Sequence record: SRR2962707_885
Strand: one strand, 5' to 3'
Length of the DNA: 39,441 nt
Below the pieces are notes generated by a model. It was not told where the DNA came from, did not search any database, and worked only from the letters and a program-made list of their open reading frames with translations. Position numbers and translations under genes: made by a program. Every line of letters starts with the position of its first letter. The stretch's first letter is position 1. Below are positions 16,419 to 25,263 of this stretch, one piece after another.

Positions 16419-19400
16419 CTATTTCTTCATCAATGGCAGCACAACCGTGGCGGTAGTACCTTTCCCCCATTCTGATTTGTAGTAGAGTGAACCACTATGT
16501 TCATTTATAATGGAGTACGTAATGGATAGACCTAGCCCGGTTCCTTTCCCGGGTTCCTTTGTGCTAAAAAAAGGTTCTGTAATTTTCTTTAGATGTTCTG
16601 GCTTTATGCCTTGACCGGAATCGATGAATTCGATTGTTACTTTTCCACTTTCTATTGAGGTTTTGATTTCAATCGTTCCGGTATCCTCAATGGCCTGGAT
16701 TGAATTGGTGATAATGTTGAGGAAAGCCTGGTGGAGTTTTCCGTTGTTCCCAATCACTATGATTTCTTCATCTGGAAATTCCTTGGTTAAGTCAATGCCA
16801 TGCTTGAGCCTGTACTGAATCATCGTAAGGCAATTTTCGATCAAGTGCTTTATATCGCAGGGTTCTAACTTCTCGTCGGAAGCGTGGCTGAATTCATTTA
16901 AACTTGACACGATCGTTGAAGCCCTTGATATCCCTTCCTTTATTGCGCCGATGAGCATTCCATACTCATCCTTTTTGATTTTTTTACTTTTGATAAGTTT
17001 TTGTTCCAATCCTTCCACACCTCCCTGAATAAAGTTTAATGGATTATTTATTTCGTGCGCTACTCCGGCTGCAAGAATACCCAAAGAGGCCATTTTATCT
17101 GATTGGATCATTTGCTCCTGAGCATTTTTCAGCTGATCAATGGCTGATCTTAACTCCTGCTTTTGTTCTTCTATTTCTTTGGTGCGGACTTTTACGGTTT
17201 CCTCTAACTTGATATTGCTTGACCTCAATGACTTTAACCTAAGCCAGTATATCAGTAATGCAGCACATATTACAAATAGAATCATTAGCCCTTTTGCCCA
17301 GGCCGTCTGCCACCACGCCGCGGTTATTATGATTTGCTTTGAAAGACTTTTTTTGAAGAAGAAATTATCCACTCCTACCTGTAACTCAAATCTATAATTG
17401 CCGGGGGGTAAATTGGTATATGTAGCATTGCGCTCATCTGTTGCTGGTATCCAGTCGTTATCAAAAGGTGTAAGGCGATACTGAAATTGCAGCAGTTCCG
17501 TCTGTGAATAACTGATCCCTGTAAAATCAATCGATAATCTGTTTGTACGTGCTGGAATTAGGATTGCTTCTCCTTCCTGTTGAGTGATTAATTGATTATC
17601 CGCATATACATCTTCAATAAGCATTTTCGGACGAAAGGTTGGAGGTTTAATATCTTTCGGGTTTAACCTCACTACCCCACCGATCGTGGGGATCCAGAAG
17701 CTTCCACCAGAATCTTTATAAGATAATACCGCACCCAGGCAATGACTGTTTTTCATCCCATAGCTTTCATCAAATTGTTTCACTTTGATCTGTTGCTGAG
17801 GATTATCAGCTGCCGCTTCTAATTCTTCCCTTTTTACGCTCAGGATCGCATTTTCAGACGGCATCCATAAGTTTCCCTCCTCATCTTCCAAAACGTCATA
17901 GATTATGTTAGTAGGCATACCATTTTCTGAAGAGAAGTTGACTATTTTGTCTTCACTATAACCAGTTAGACCATCATTGGAGGCAATCCAGATAAATCTG
18001 GGAGTGGAGTGTGTGGCAAACATAAAATTGGATGGGAGCCCATCTTCAACCGTTACCGTTTTAATTACCTTTCTGTTTTTAATGATATTCAGTCCGCTGA
18101 TGGTACCCACGATGATTTCTCCAGAACTATTTTGTTCGATGGAAAGTATATAGTTAGAGCTAAGCCCATCATCGATATTGAGTGTTTTCCAACTTTCTAA
18201 GTTGCCATTCTCAAATAAAAACAACCCGGTGTTTTTTGTCCCTACCCAAATGGTGCCCTCGTTATCTTCATACGCCAAACGCACGAAGTTGTCTGGAAAC
18301 CCACTTGAAACGGTATATCGTCTTCCTTTATTACCATCAATAACAACTAACCCTCCATATGTGCTCACCCAAATTCGACCCCTACTATCTGTAAAAAGAT
18401 TTTTTAATCGTTCGTTTGGAATTGGAGCAGGGGAAGTATACTCCGAAACTTTTCCATCTTTGAGCAAATTAAGAGTGCCATTCTCATTGCCCAATAAAAA
18501 AGTATTTCTTTCAATTTCGGTCACACTACTAATTATGTTGGTGGCCAGTCCGTCATTTTTGGTGAAACTGGTAACAGAGCCATCGCCAAGGAAAAAAATA
18601 CCGCTACGATAGGTACCAACCCATAAGTTTCCTTCGGAATCGAAAATAATGTCTTCAACAATGTTGTTTGGCATACCACTTTCTTCTGTTAAAGAATCAA
18701 GGTTGGAAGTTGCCTGGTTATATCGGAACAGCCCCTTCATAGTCCCAACCCAAAGCGCTCTGTTCTTGTCAAAAAGGAGCGTGTTGATTGTGGTATTTTT
18801 GAATATTGGACTTTTAATCAACTCAGTGCCATCCCAAAGAAATAGTCCACTTCCCGTTCCCATATAGAGTAGGCCATTAGAATACACCAAAGCGTTGATT
18901 CCATTCACATCTTCATCTAATTGATGACTTTGAATGGTACCTTCTGGAGAGTACCTAATTAAACGGGAGTCGTCAGTTCCGAAATAGACATACCCATTTC
19001 GGTCTTCTTCAATGCATAAAATGGTACTCGTTTCAACCTGAAATTTTTTCGTAAGGTCCTCCAACTTACCGTTCCGGTAAAGAAATAGGTTATTCGATTT
19101 TGAGCTAAACCATAAATCACCTCCCTGAGTTAGGAGCATATCTTCAATGCTCAAATGCTTAACAGCTTCTAAACCCGAAGGCACCTCAAAGGTGCCGTTG
19201 TTGAATGTGGCTACCCCATGTAGGGTTCCTAACCAGAGTTCATTACCCCTTCCTTTTTCTATTCTAAGTACGTTCGATGAAGGAAGGTCGCTATTCTGGC
19301 TGGTAAACACGGTGAAATCTTTGCCATCAAATCGATGTAGCCCGGTGTAAGTGCCAATCCATAAATACCCATCGATTGTTTGTTCTATTTCACTAACTGA

Positions 19401-19580
19401 TTCAGAAGTGAGTCCATCATCTGTGTTCCACCCTCGTAGTACGAACTGGCTTAATCTTTTCTGATTCGTAAGTTGTTGAGCATATGTTTTCCAAATAAGC
19501 CCTGGGCAAAGCAGGGCTATGAGCGTACTAACCTTAATTAGCGTAGCGATTTCTTTGGAGTTTCTAAGGCTCGTAATCAT
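16419..19580 (-). CDS. Sensor histidine kinase with Reg_prop beta-propellers, Y_Y_Y domain and NtrB-type kinase core
   Basis: Repeated G.LW.GT..GL and GLP.N motifs, YTNLPPGNY, WWQTAW TM, KMASLG.LAAGVAHEINNPL, PFFSTK..GKGTGLGL. Confidence 0.93.
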   Translation of the reverse strand: MITSLRNSKEIATLIKVSTLIALLCPGLIWKTYAQQLTNQKRLSQFVLRGWNTDDGLTSESVSEIEQTIDGYLWIGTYTGLHRFDGKDFTVFTSQNSDLPSSNVLRIEKGRGNELWLGTLHGVATFNNGTFEVPSGLEAVKHLSIEDMLLTQGGDLWFSSKSNNLFLYRNGKLEDLTKKFQVETSTILCIEEDRNGYVYFGTDDSRLIRYSPEGTIQSHQLDEDVNGINALVYSNGLLYMGTGSGLFLWDGTELIKSPIFKNTTINTLLFDKNRALWVGTMKGLFRYNQATSNLDSLTEESGMPNNIVEDIIFDSEGNLWVGTYRSGIFFLGDGSVTSFTKNDGLATNIISSVTEIERNTFLLGNENGTLNLLKDGKVSEYTSPAPIPNERLKNLFTDSRGRIWVSTYGGLVVIDGNKGRRYTVSSGFPDNFVRLAYEDNEGTIWVGTKNTGLFLFENGNLESWKTLNIDDGLSSNYILSIEQNSSGEIIVGTISGLNIIKNRKVIKTVTVEDGLPSNFMFATHSTPRFIWIASNDGLTGYSEDKIVNFSSENGMPTNIIYDVLEDEEGNLWMPSENAILSVKREELEAAADNPQQQIKVKQFDESYGMKNSHCLGAVLSYKDSGGSFWIPTIGGVVRLNPKDIKPPTFRPKMLIEDVYADNQLITQQEGEAILIPARTNRLSIDFTGISYSQTELLQFQYRLTPFDNDWIPATDERNATYTNLPPGNYRFELQVGVDNFFFKKSLSKQIIITAAWWQTAWAKGLMILFVICAALLIYWLRLKSLRSSNIKLEETVKVRTKEIEEQKQELRSAIDQLKNAQEQMIQSDKMASLGILAAGVAHEINNPLNFIQGGVEGLEQKLIKSKKIKKDEYGMLIGAIKEGISRASTIVSSLNEFSHASDEKLEPCDIKHLIENCLTMIQYRLKHGIDLTKEFPDEEIIVIGNNGKLHQAFLNIITNSIQAIEDTGTIEIKTSIESGKVTIEFIDSGQGIKPEHLKKITEPFFSTKEPGKGTGLGLSITYSIINEHSGSLYYKSEWGKGTTATVVLPLMKK

Positions 19581-19658
19581 CGGGTGATGGTATAGCTACA
19601 TTAATATAGGAAATCGCAAGATCATTACCTATTTCGCATAACCTGTTTCGACGATTGG

Positions 19659-20285
19659 TCACAAGACATAGAGGTAAATCATGAGATAGTGACATGTGCT
19701 TCCTCCCAATACGCAGACATGAAAGGTGGCATGGTTCATAGGAATGGAGCGAATACTGTAAAGTAGTGCACCTAAGGTATAAAAAACTCCTCCAGCCAAT
19801 AACCAGAGCAATCCAGCGGTACTCATGCTTGCCAATAGAGGCTTGATGGCAAAGATGGCAATCCATCCCATAGCGATATACATAATGGTGGACAGCCGGT
19901 CAAATCTTCCCGTAAAGAAGAGTTTGAGTACCACACCGCTAATGCCTACGCTCCATATTACCCAAAGCAAAGTAAGACCTGTATTTTCATAGAGTGTAAT
20001 CAGGCAAATTGGTGTATATGTGCCTGCAATTAAAACATAGATGGCTGCATGATCGAAAATTCTTAACCTCGCCCTCATTTTCTGGTTCTTCGAAGCATGA
20101 TATATCGTGGATGCTGTATAAAGGATGATAAGGCTCAAACCAAAAACCACAGAGGAAATCACCTCGATAGTTCCTGATGATTTGAATAGTAAGAAAATTA
20201 GTCCGATCAAACTAAGTATCGCTCCTAATGCATGTGTCAGTACATTGAGTCTTTCTTCGGAGGCGGTGTAGTGTACTTCTGACAT
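19659..20285 (-). CDS. Hemolysin III / PAQR family membrane protein (TrhA-like)
   Basis: EE.LN.LTH, STIYH, DHAAIY.LIAGTYTP, YIAMGW, HATFH, CHY. Confidence 0.93.
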   Translation of the reverse strand: MSEVHYTASEERLNVLTHALGAILSLIGLIFLLFKSSGTIEVISSVVFGLSLIILYTASTIYHASKNQKMRARLRIFDHAAIYVLIAGTYTPICLITLYENTGLTLLWVIWSVGISGVVLKLFFTGRFDRLSTIMYIAMGWIAIFAIKPLLASMSTAGLLWLLAGGVFYTLGALLYSIRSIPMNHATFHVCVLGGSTCHYLMIYLYVL

Positions 20286-20434
20286 TTATAGATTACCGAT
20301 TTTGGAGTATAATATTTTATGGTTTGTTACCTGGATAAAATCGAATTGTGATTCCAGATATAGTCAAACGATCATACGGAACATTTGTATTAATAGTAAA
20401 GGAATTTTCAACTGAAAAACTTAATAACTAAGAT

Positions 20435-20998
20435 ATGAAACCACTTGAAGATGTTAATGTAGCAATATTATCCGAAGATGGATTTGAAGAATCAGAACTG
20501 ACTTCTCCTAAAGAAATGTTGGAGTCTAGCGGGGCAAAAGTAACGATTGTTTCTCCGCGAAAAGGCAAAATCAGAAGCTGGATGAATGATAACTGGAATA
20601 TGGAAATTTCAGTTGACAGGCAAGTTCAACAAACCAGCGCCGACGATTATGATGCACTTCTAATACCGGGTGGAGTCGCCAACCCCGATTTACTTCGAGT
20701 CAATGAAGATACGGTCGCATTTGTTAGTGATTTTTTTGAGGCTGGTAAACCAATTGCCTCAATCTGTCATGGACCTCAGGTATTGATTGAAACCGGAGCG
20801 TTAAATGGTAGAATGATGACATCCTACCCAAGCATCAAAACCGACCTGAAAAATGCAGGAGCGCAATGGGTAGATAAAAGTGTGGTCGTGGATGCCGGAT
20901 TAGTTACCAGCAGGTCACCTGAAGATTTAGAAGATTTCAATGCGAAAATGATTGAGGAGTTTGCAGAAGGTGTGCATGAAAATCAAAAAACAATCTAA
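20435..20998 (+). CDS. PfpI/DJ-1 family protein (YhbO-like)
   Basis: GFEESEL, LIPGG, SICHGPQ, VTSRSPEDL. Confidence 0.93.
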   Translation: MKPLEDVNVAILSEDGFEESELTSPKEMLESSGAKVTIVSPRKGKIRSWMNDNWNMEISVDRQVQQTSADDYDALLIPGGVANPDLLRVNEDTVAFVSDFFEAGKPIASICHGPQVLIETGALNGRMMTSYPSIKTDLKNAGAQWVDKSVVVDAGLVTSRSPEDLEDFNAKMIEEFAEGVHENQKTI

Positions 20999-21021
20999 TG
21001 CCAAAAGCATCCTAAAGCTGT

Positions 21022-21054
21022 AGCCTCGTATGCATATGTATGCGGGGCTTTTTT
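21022..21054 (+). terminator. Terminator after PfpI gene
   Basis: AGCCTCGTATGC...GTATGCGGGGCT stem with G-U pairs followed by a T-tract. Confidence 0.75.
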
Positions 21055-21092
21055 ATTTGCAACCTGCCAAAATTTTTGCGCTCTTTGATGAT

Positions 21093-21899
21093 ATGAAATG
21101 TCTATTGCTTTTTATTACCATGGCTATCACCATGCCTTTGCTAGCCGTTCAAGATAATCATGTAGAAAGGGATTTGAGTGTTAAGGTTGTGTCAAAGGAA
21201 GGAGAATTAAAGCTCATGGTGATGAATCACACGCTCGCGCCTTTGGATTTTTATGTGAAGGAATCTGAATCAAAGACAGTTGTTAAGGAATGTCTTGTGG
21301 CTCCCATGGATAGTCTTATTTGTATGAATATCGAAGGAGAGGAAGATAGCGCAGCAGTAGAATCATTCAATGAGCAATTTGATTTGGGCTATTACCTGGG
21401 TGATCCTAAGGCAGTCCATGATAGTACTTATCTCTATCGATTTCCATTTAAGAAGGGAAAAAAGTATGAGGTAAGCCAGACTTTCAATGGGAAGTTTTCA
21501 CATAATCACATCGCTTCTAAATATGCTATTGATTTTCAGTTGGAGGTTGGTGAACCAGTACATGCTGCCAGAGAGGGTGTGGTAATTAAGGTGGAAAAAT
21601 ATTTTAAAGAACATGGAGGTGAGGAGTTTAAATACAAAGCGAATCGCATCATTATTCTACACGAAGACGGCACAACCGCCTCTTATGTGCACCTTGATTA
21701 TAATGGGACACTTGTGGAGGAAGGTGAATATGTTGAAAAAGGACAACACATAGGTTACTCTGGATTTACCGGCTTTACACGAGGGCCCCATCTACACTTT
21801 GTTGTTAGGAGGGGAAAAGACATATCTGTTCCTGTGTATTTTGAAGGGTATGAAGGAAAGGTGCTGAAAAGAAGAAAAAGATACAAGCGCGTTCGATGA
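21093..21899 (+). CDS. M23 family metallopeptidase
   Basis: Signal peptide from ATG 21093; FSH..AIDF, YVHL, GPHLHF; the upstream ORF extension runs through the terminator. Confidence 0.9.
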   Translation: MKCLLLFITMAITMPLLAVQDNHVERDLSVKVVSKEGELKLMVMNHTLAPLDFYVKESESKTVVKECLVAPMDSLICMNIEGEEDSAAVESFNEQFDLGYYLGDPKAVHDSTYLYRFPFKKGKKYEVSQTFNGKFSHNHIASKYAIDFQLEVGEPVHAAREGVVIKVEKYFKEHGGEEFKYKANRIIILHEDGTTASYVHLDYNGTLVEEGEYVEKGQHIGYSGFTGFTRGPHLHFVVRRGKDISVPVYFEGYEGKVLKRRKRYKRVR

Positions 21900-22541
21900 T
21901 TACAATTGATCCAGTGCTTCATCAATCGGCATTTTCCCACTCAATAATTCCAGATTCTTGCCGAAAGTTTTTTTATGATCCAGAGACTTCTGGATCACAG
22001 TAGCTACATCTGTGCGAGTGATGCTGCCACCTCGCTGACTGATTTTTTCACCAATCTCCACATTGTTAGTGCCGTTATCATCGGTGAGCCGTCCAGGCAT
22101 CAGGATGGTGTAGTTCAATCCACTTTGCATGAGGTGCTTGTCGGCATCCGCTTTGGCTTCATAATAATGAGCCATGCTTTCCGGCCATTGGTCAGGGCTG
22201 GCATCAGCTCCAAAGGCGCTTACCATGACAAAGCGATTTGCCTTATGCTTCACTGCCAGGTCAATCGCTTTCTTGGCCCCTAAACGGTCCACCAGATGGG
22301 TCTTGTCCTTCCCTGTATGTGCCCCACTGCCAGCTGTAAATACTACGGCATCCACACCATCAAATGCATGGTCAAAATCTTTCTCCAGGTCAGCGAGCAC
22401 TGCATCAATGTCTTTATTTTTAAATGACATTTGTTGTTCTCCTTCACGCACCATTGCTAATGGCTGATGCGGTGTGCTTTTAAGTTTTTTAGATAGGATT
22501 GTTCCGATTTTTCCGTTTGCACCTATGATCAATACATTCAT
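21900..22541 (-). CDS. NAD(P)H-binding atypical SDR oxidoreductase
   Basis: IGANGKIG, VFTAGSG, YYEAK..AD, PGRLTD, ITRTDVA. Confidence 0.92.
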   Translation of the reverse strand: MNVLIIGANGKIGTILSKKLKSTPHQPLAMVREGEQQMSFKNKDIDAVLADLEKDFDHAFDGVDAVVFTAGSGAHTGKDKTHLVDRLGAKKAIDLAVKHKANRFVMVSAFGADASPDQWPESMAHYYEAKADADKHLMQSGLNYTILMPGRLTDDNGTNNVEIGEKISQRGGSITRTDVATVIQKSLDHKKTFGKNLELLSGKMPIDEALDQL

Positions 22542-22614
22542 ATGTTCTTGTGGTTTTATATAATCAATCCATCTCAGGATAAATCGTTCAGGAAAATGTG
22601 GATTTGTGATCGAT

Positions 22615-22635
22615 ACCCCAGCCTTGTGCCGGGAT
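22615..22635 (+). repeat. Degenerate REP-like hairpin (left of nuclease gene)
   Basis: ACCCCAGC-CTTGT-GCCGGGAT; 8-bp stem with 2 mismatches, CTTGT loop. Confidence 0.35.
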
Positions 22636-22905
22636 AAGCAACTGAGAATGTTTGTGATTGATCAGGCTGTCATGATTGCATTATTCCAATATTTTCTTAC
22701 CCTCAATCATTAATTAGAACCGTTAATGGTTTTTTTTAGCGTTCCGTTTTGGATGATTTTCATATTCCGCTTACATTGAATGGGTTAAATGTCATGTTCA
22801 CCATATGACCTTGCAGACTTTGAACAGCGATTATTTTAATGTGAGAAACTGGGTAAATACTAATATTACTTGCTCTGAAATGGGTGGGGCTTAAGAAAAT
22901 CAGAT

Positions 22906-24756
22906 ATGAAGTTAGAAGAAATCTTGAACGATCTTAACTCTTTTGAGAAGAATCCTTTTTTGAAAACAATAGATTACTTGATTAGTGAAAATCCAAAAAA
23001 CATAAAAGAGATTGATAAAATACTGAATGATACAAGTGGTGATCTTAAGGCTATGGATAGTCTCAATATTTCTAGAGTTTTTAAACTTCTAAAACAGGAA
23101 TTCTCTGCGTATTTAGAAAATGAATTTAATAATTCAACTTCTCAAATCGACATTCTTTCAGATATAGTGATTAGGGATGGAAATTGTATAATGAAACAGG
23201 ATTGGTTCTCAAGACTGTATGAAACAGAGTTAAAAAAGACGGATAAAAAAATAAAGCATTTCAAAAAGGAGATTGATAGCGATAATTCCTCATTTGATGA
23301 ATATAGGCAGAAAGATTACTCAATATATAGAGCATGCCTTGAAACTGCTTACACTAATGATGATTTTAACAACCAAGAGCGCAAGGTGACATGGGATGAG
23401 CAGACTATACTTAATACTTTGGCTTTTAAGCTGGACTTGTCTAATGAGGAAGTGAAACTTATAAAGTATATGATTATTCCCATGAACAGGATGGATATTG
23501 AAGACAGTATTGCAGAGCTTAAAAATCTGGGTATAATATTTCATTCCAAGAAGAATAATTTAATCTACATAGCTGATGAGATAGTTTCCATTGTTAGGAA
23601 ATTGAAAGGGAAAAAGGTAGCTGACAAGTACTTCAGAAGAGTGCTAAGACAGATACGAGAACCTCAAATAAATTTAATCTGTAAAAAACATAATATTGAT
23701 TGGAAACAATCTTTTGACATCAAAATAAAAGAGATAATAAACGAAGGTATTTCTTTTCATGGAGTTCTTTCAAATGATATTCATAAGGATGAAACTTCCC
23801 TTACTGAAAGAAAACAATTCATTAATAATTTGTGTGATGAGAAATTGAAAATTTCACCTAAAATAACTGGATCAACAGTTGATGAGAAAATTGAAAATTT
23901 AATTGAGTATTTCGAGGAGATTGAGACTGATGATAAAGTTGGGATATCCGTGGATGGTTACGAAAATTTACTTATTCATCTCAATGACTCACTATCTAAA
24001 ACAAATCAAATACTAAAAAATGAATTTGAACTTCAAGAAGAAAATGTATTGAGTAGCTCCTATTTGTTGGCATACAATATTAAACCAAGAGATGTTCTTG
24101 AAGTTATATCGGAATCCGATTTAGAAAAATTTGCAAAGAAAAATTCTATTAAGACCAGAGGTGATATCGTTGCGAATATTTTAGAGGCTTTTAAAGATGC
24201 AGAAAACCTTTATCTTGAGAATTTTGAAAGTATTGGGTATAGAGATTTAGCAACCCTAAAGGAAAATGGTATTAAGATCAAGGAAAGTGAGCTAGGGCTT
24301 TTATTCGAAGATCTAACTAAAAAGATCTTTTCAAAACTTGGTTTCAATGTTGATGATACTCTAAGAAAAAAGCTCAATACCAAAAAGGATAAGGCGGATA
24401 TTATCATATCGATTTCTGATAATGAAATAATAATTGTGGAGTGCAAGTCTGTCAAAGAAAGCGGATATAATAAATTTAGCTCTGTGTCTAGGCAATTGAA
24501 ATCCTATATACAACTGGCAGAAAAGAGCAATCTCAAAGTAATTAAGTCACTTTTGGTGGCTCCCGAGTTTTCCGATGAGTTTATAAAAGACTGTGGCTTG
24601 GACTATGATCTCAACCTTTCTTTAATTACGGCAAAATCATTATATAAAATTTTAATTGGTTTTAAAGAATCAAAGCATGATTGTCTTCCTTACAATTTAC
24701 TTATGAGAGATGTTTTAATTCAGGATGAGCGAATTGTTAAGGCGATTGGTAAATGA
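22906..24756 (+). CDS. Hypothetical protein with C-terminal PD-(D/E)XK (Mrr/restriction endonuclease-like) domain
   Basis: 616 aa, AT-rich; LFEDLTKKIFSKLGFNV (E468), KADIII (D498), IVECKS (E512-x-K514), QLKSY (Q530-x3-Y534). Confidence 0.8.
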   Translation: MKLEEILNDLNSFEKNPFLKTIDYLISENPKNIKEIDKILNDTSGDLKAMDSLNISRVFKLLKQEFSAYLENEFNNSTSQIDILSDIVIRDGNCIMKQDWFSRLYETELKKTDKKIKHFKKEIDSDNSSFDEYRQKDYSIYRACLETAYTNDDFNNQERKVTWDEQTILNTLAFKLDLSNEEVKLIKYMIIPMNRMDIEDSIAELKNLGIIFHSKKNNLIYIADEIVSIVRKLKGKKVADKYFRRVLRQIREPQINLICKKHNIDWKQSFDIKIKEIINEGISFHGVLSNDIHKDETSLTERKQFINNLCDEKLKISPKITGSTVDEKIENLIEYFEEIETDDKVGISVDGYENLLIHLNDSLSKTNQILKNEFELQEENVLSSSYLLAYNIKPRDVLEVISESDLEKFAKKNSIKTRGDIVANILEAFKDAENLYLENFESIGYRDLATLKENGIKIKESELGLLFEDLTKKIFSKLGFNVDDTLRKKLNTKKDKADIIISISDNEIIIVECKSVKESGYNKFSSVSRQLKSYIQLAEKSNLKVIKSLLVAPEFSDEFIKDCGLDYDLNLSLITAKSLYKILIGFKESKHDCLPYNLLMRDVLIQDERIVKAIGK

Positions 24757-24832
24757 TTTGATGAGGGTTTCACTACTTTATCCTAACTCATTATCTTAAT
24801 AGCCTAACCTTCAGACTATCTCAAGTTTTGCA

Positions 24833-24856
24833 ATGCTCAAACAAGTTCAGCATGAC
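24833..24856 (-). repeat. REP-like hairpin (right of nuclease gene)
   Basis: Minus strand GTC-ATGCTGAA-CTTGT-TTGAGCAT; 8-bp stem with 1 mismatch, CTTGT loop. Confidence 0.5.
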
Positions 24857-24917
24857 CCTTTTTCAGAGAAGACTGCTAAAATCAAACCTCTGTTTTTATT
24901 ACTTCCCAATAAGCCAT

Positions 24918-24944
24918 AAAAAAAAGCGCCAGGCGGGGCGCTTT
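24918..24944 (-). terminator. Rho-independent terminator on minus strand
   Basis: AAAGCGCC-N6-GGCGCTTT perfect stem with an 8-T tract on the minus strand. Confidence 0.8.
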
Positions 24945-24983
24945 AAATGTTTAACGGTAAGTGTTGCGGTGATCAGAGCGATC

Positions 24984-25085
24984 TCAACTTATTAACAATG
25001 CAAGAATCAAAATCAATATGAAAAGCTTTCCAGCCATTTCAGCGTAAATACGATTAACAGATAAGCTTTTCAAAATTTGACTCAT
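24984..25085 (-). CDS. Putative small membrane peptide (33 aa), not in ORF track
   Basis: MSQILKSLSVNRIYAEMAGKLFILILILALLIS; own terminator 40 nt downstream; in-frame ATG at 25109 would give 41 aa. Confidence 0.55.
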   Translation of the reverse strand: MSQILKSLSVNRIYAEMAGKLFILILILALLIS

Positions 25086-25133
25086 GGCAGTATTGGTGAT
25101 TAGTTTCATGTACAAAGCAAGGGGGTTTTGCCA

Positions 25134-25169
25134 CGGGAATCAATACCCTAAATTGGGTATTTTGCTCTA
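25134..25169. promoter_or_regulatory. Putative operator array between divergent small ORF and DoxX gene
   Basis: Perfect inverted repeat AATACCC-N6-GGGTATT (25142-25161); also readable as two 6-4-6 boxes 20 bp apart. Confidence 0.4.
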
Positions 25170-25263
25170 ATTCGATCAAACCAGACTGTGACTCCACCAA
25201 AGTGGAGATATTGGATATCAGTGGCTTTTTCAGTAACTTATGGTAAACCAAACGCCAAAAATT

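Noticed and set aside
17600-19450. Repetitive pattern in the large kinase gene
   Set aside because: Protein-level beta-propeller repeats, not a DNA repeat array
19659-20285. Hemolysin as a virulence factor
   Set aside because: HlyIII/PAQR proteins are widespread membrane-homeostasis proteins; the name does not imply toxin function
20365-20396. Shared stress-sigma promoter upstream of the PfpI and SDR genes
   Set aside because: Only AACGAT is shared and the downstream spacing is inconsistent
21030-21092. N-terminal extension of the M23 peptidase ORF
   Set aside because: Begins inside a terminator hairpin; signal peptide starts at 21093
22648-22713. 21-aa plus-strand ORF (MFVIDQAVMIALFQYFLTLNH) upstream of the nuclease
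   Set aside because: Too short, with no promoter, terminator or coupling support
22542-25263. Prophage, integron, IS, tRNA or CRISPR context around the nuclease gene
   Set aside because: No integrase or transposase, cloverleaf, repeat-spacer periodicity or clear target-site duplication found by eye
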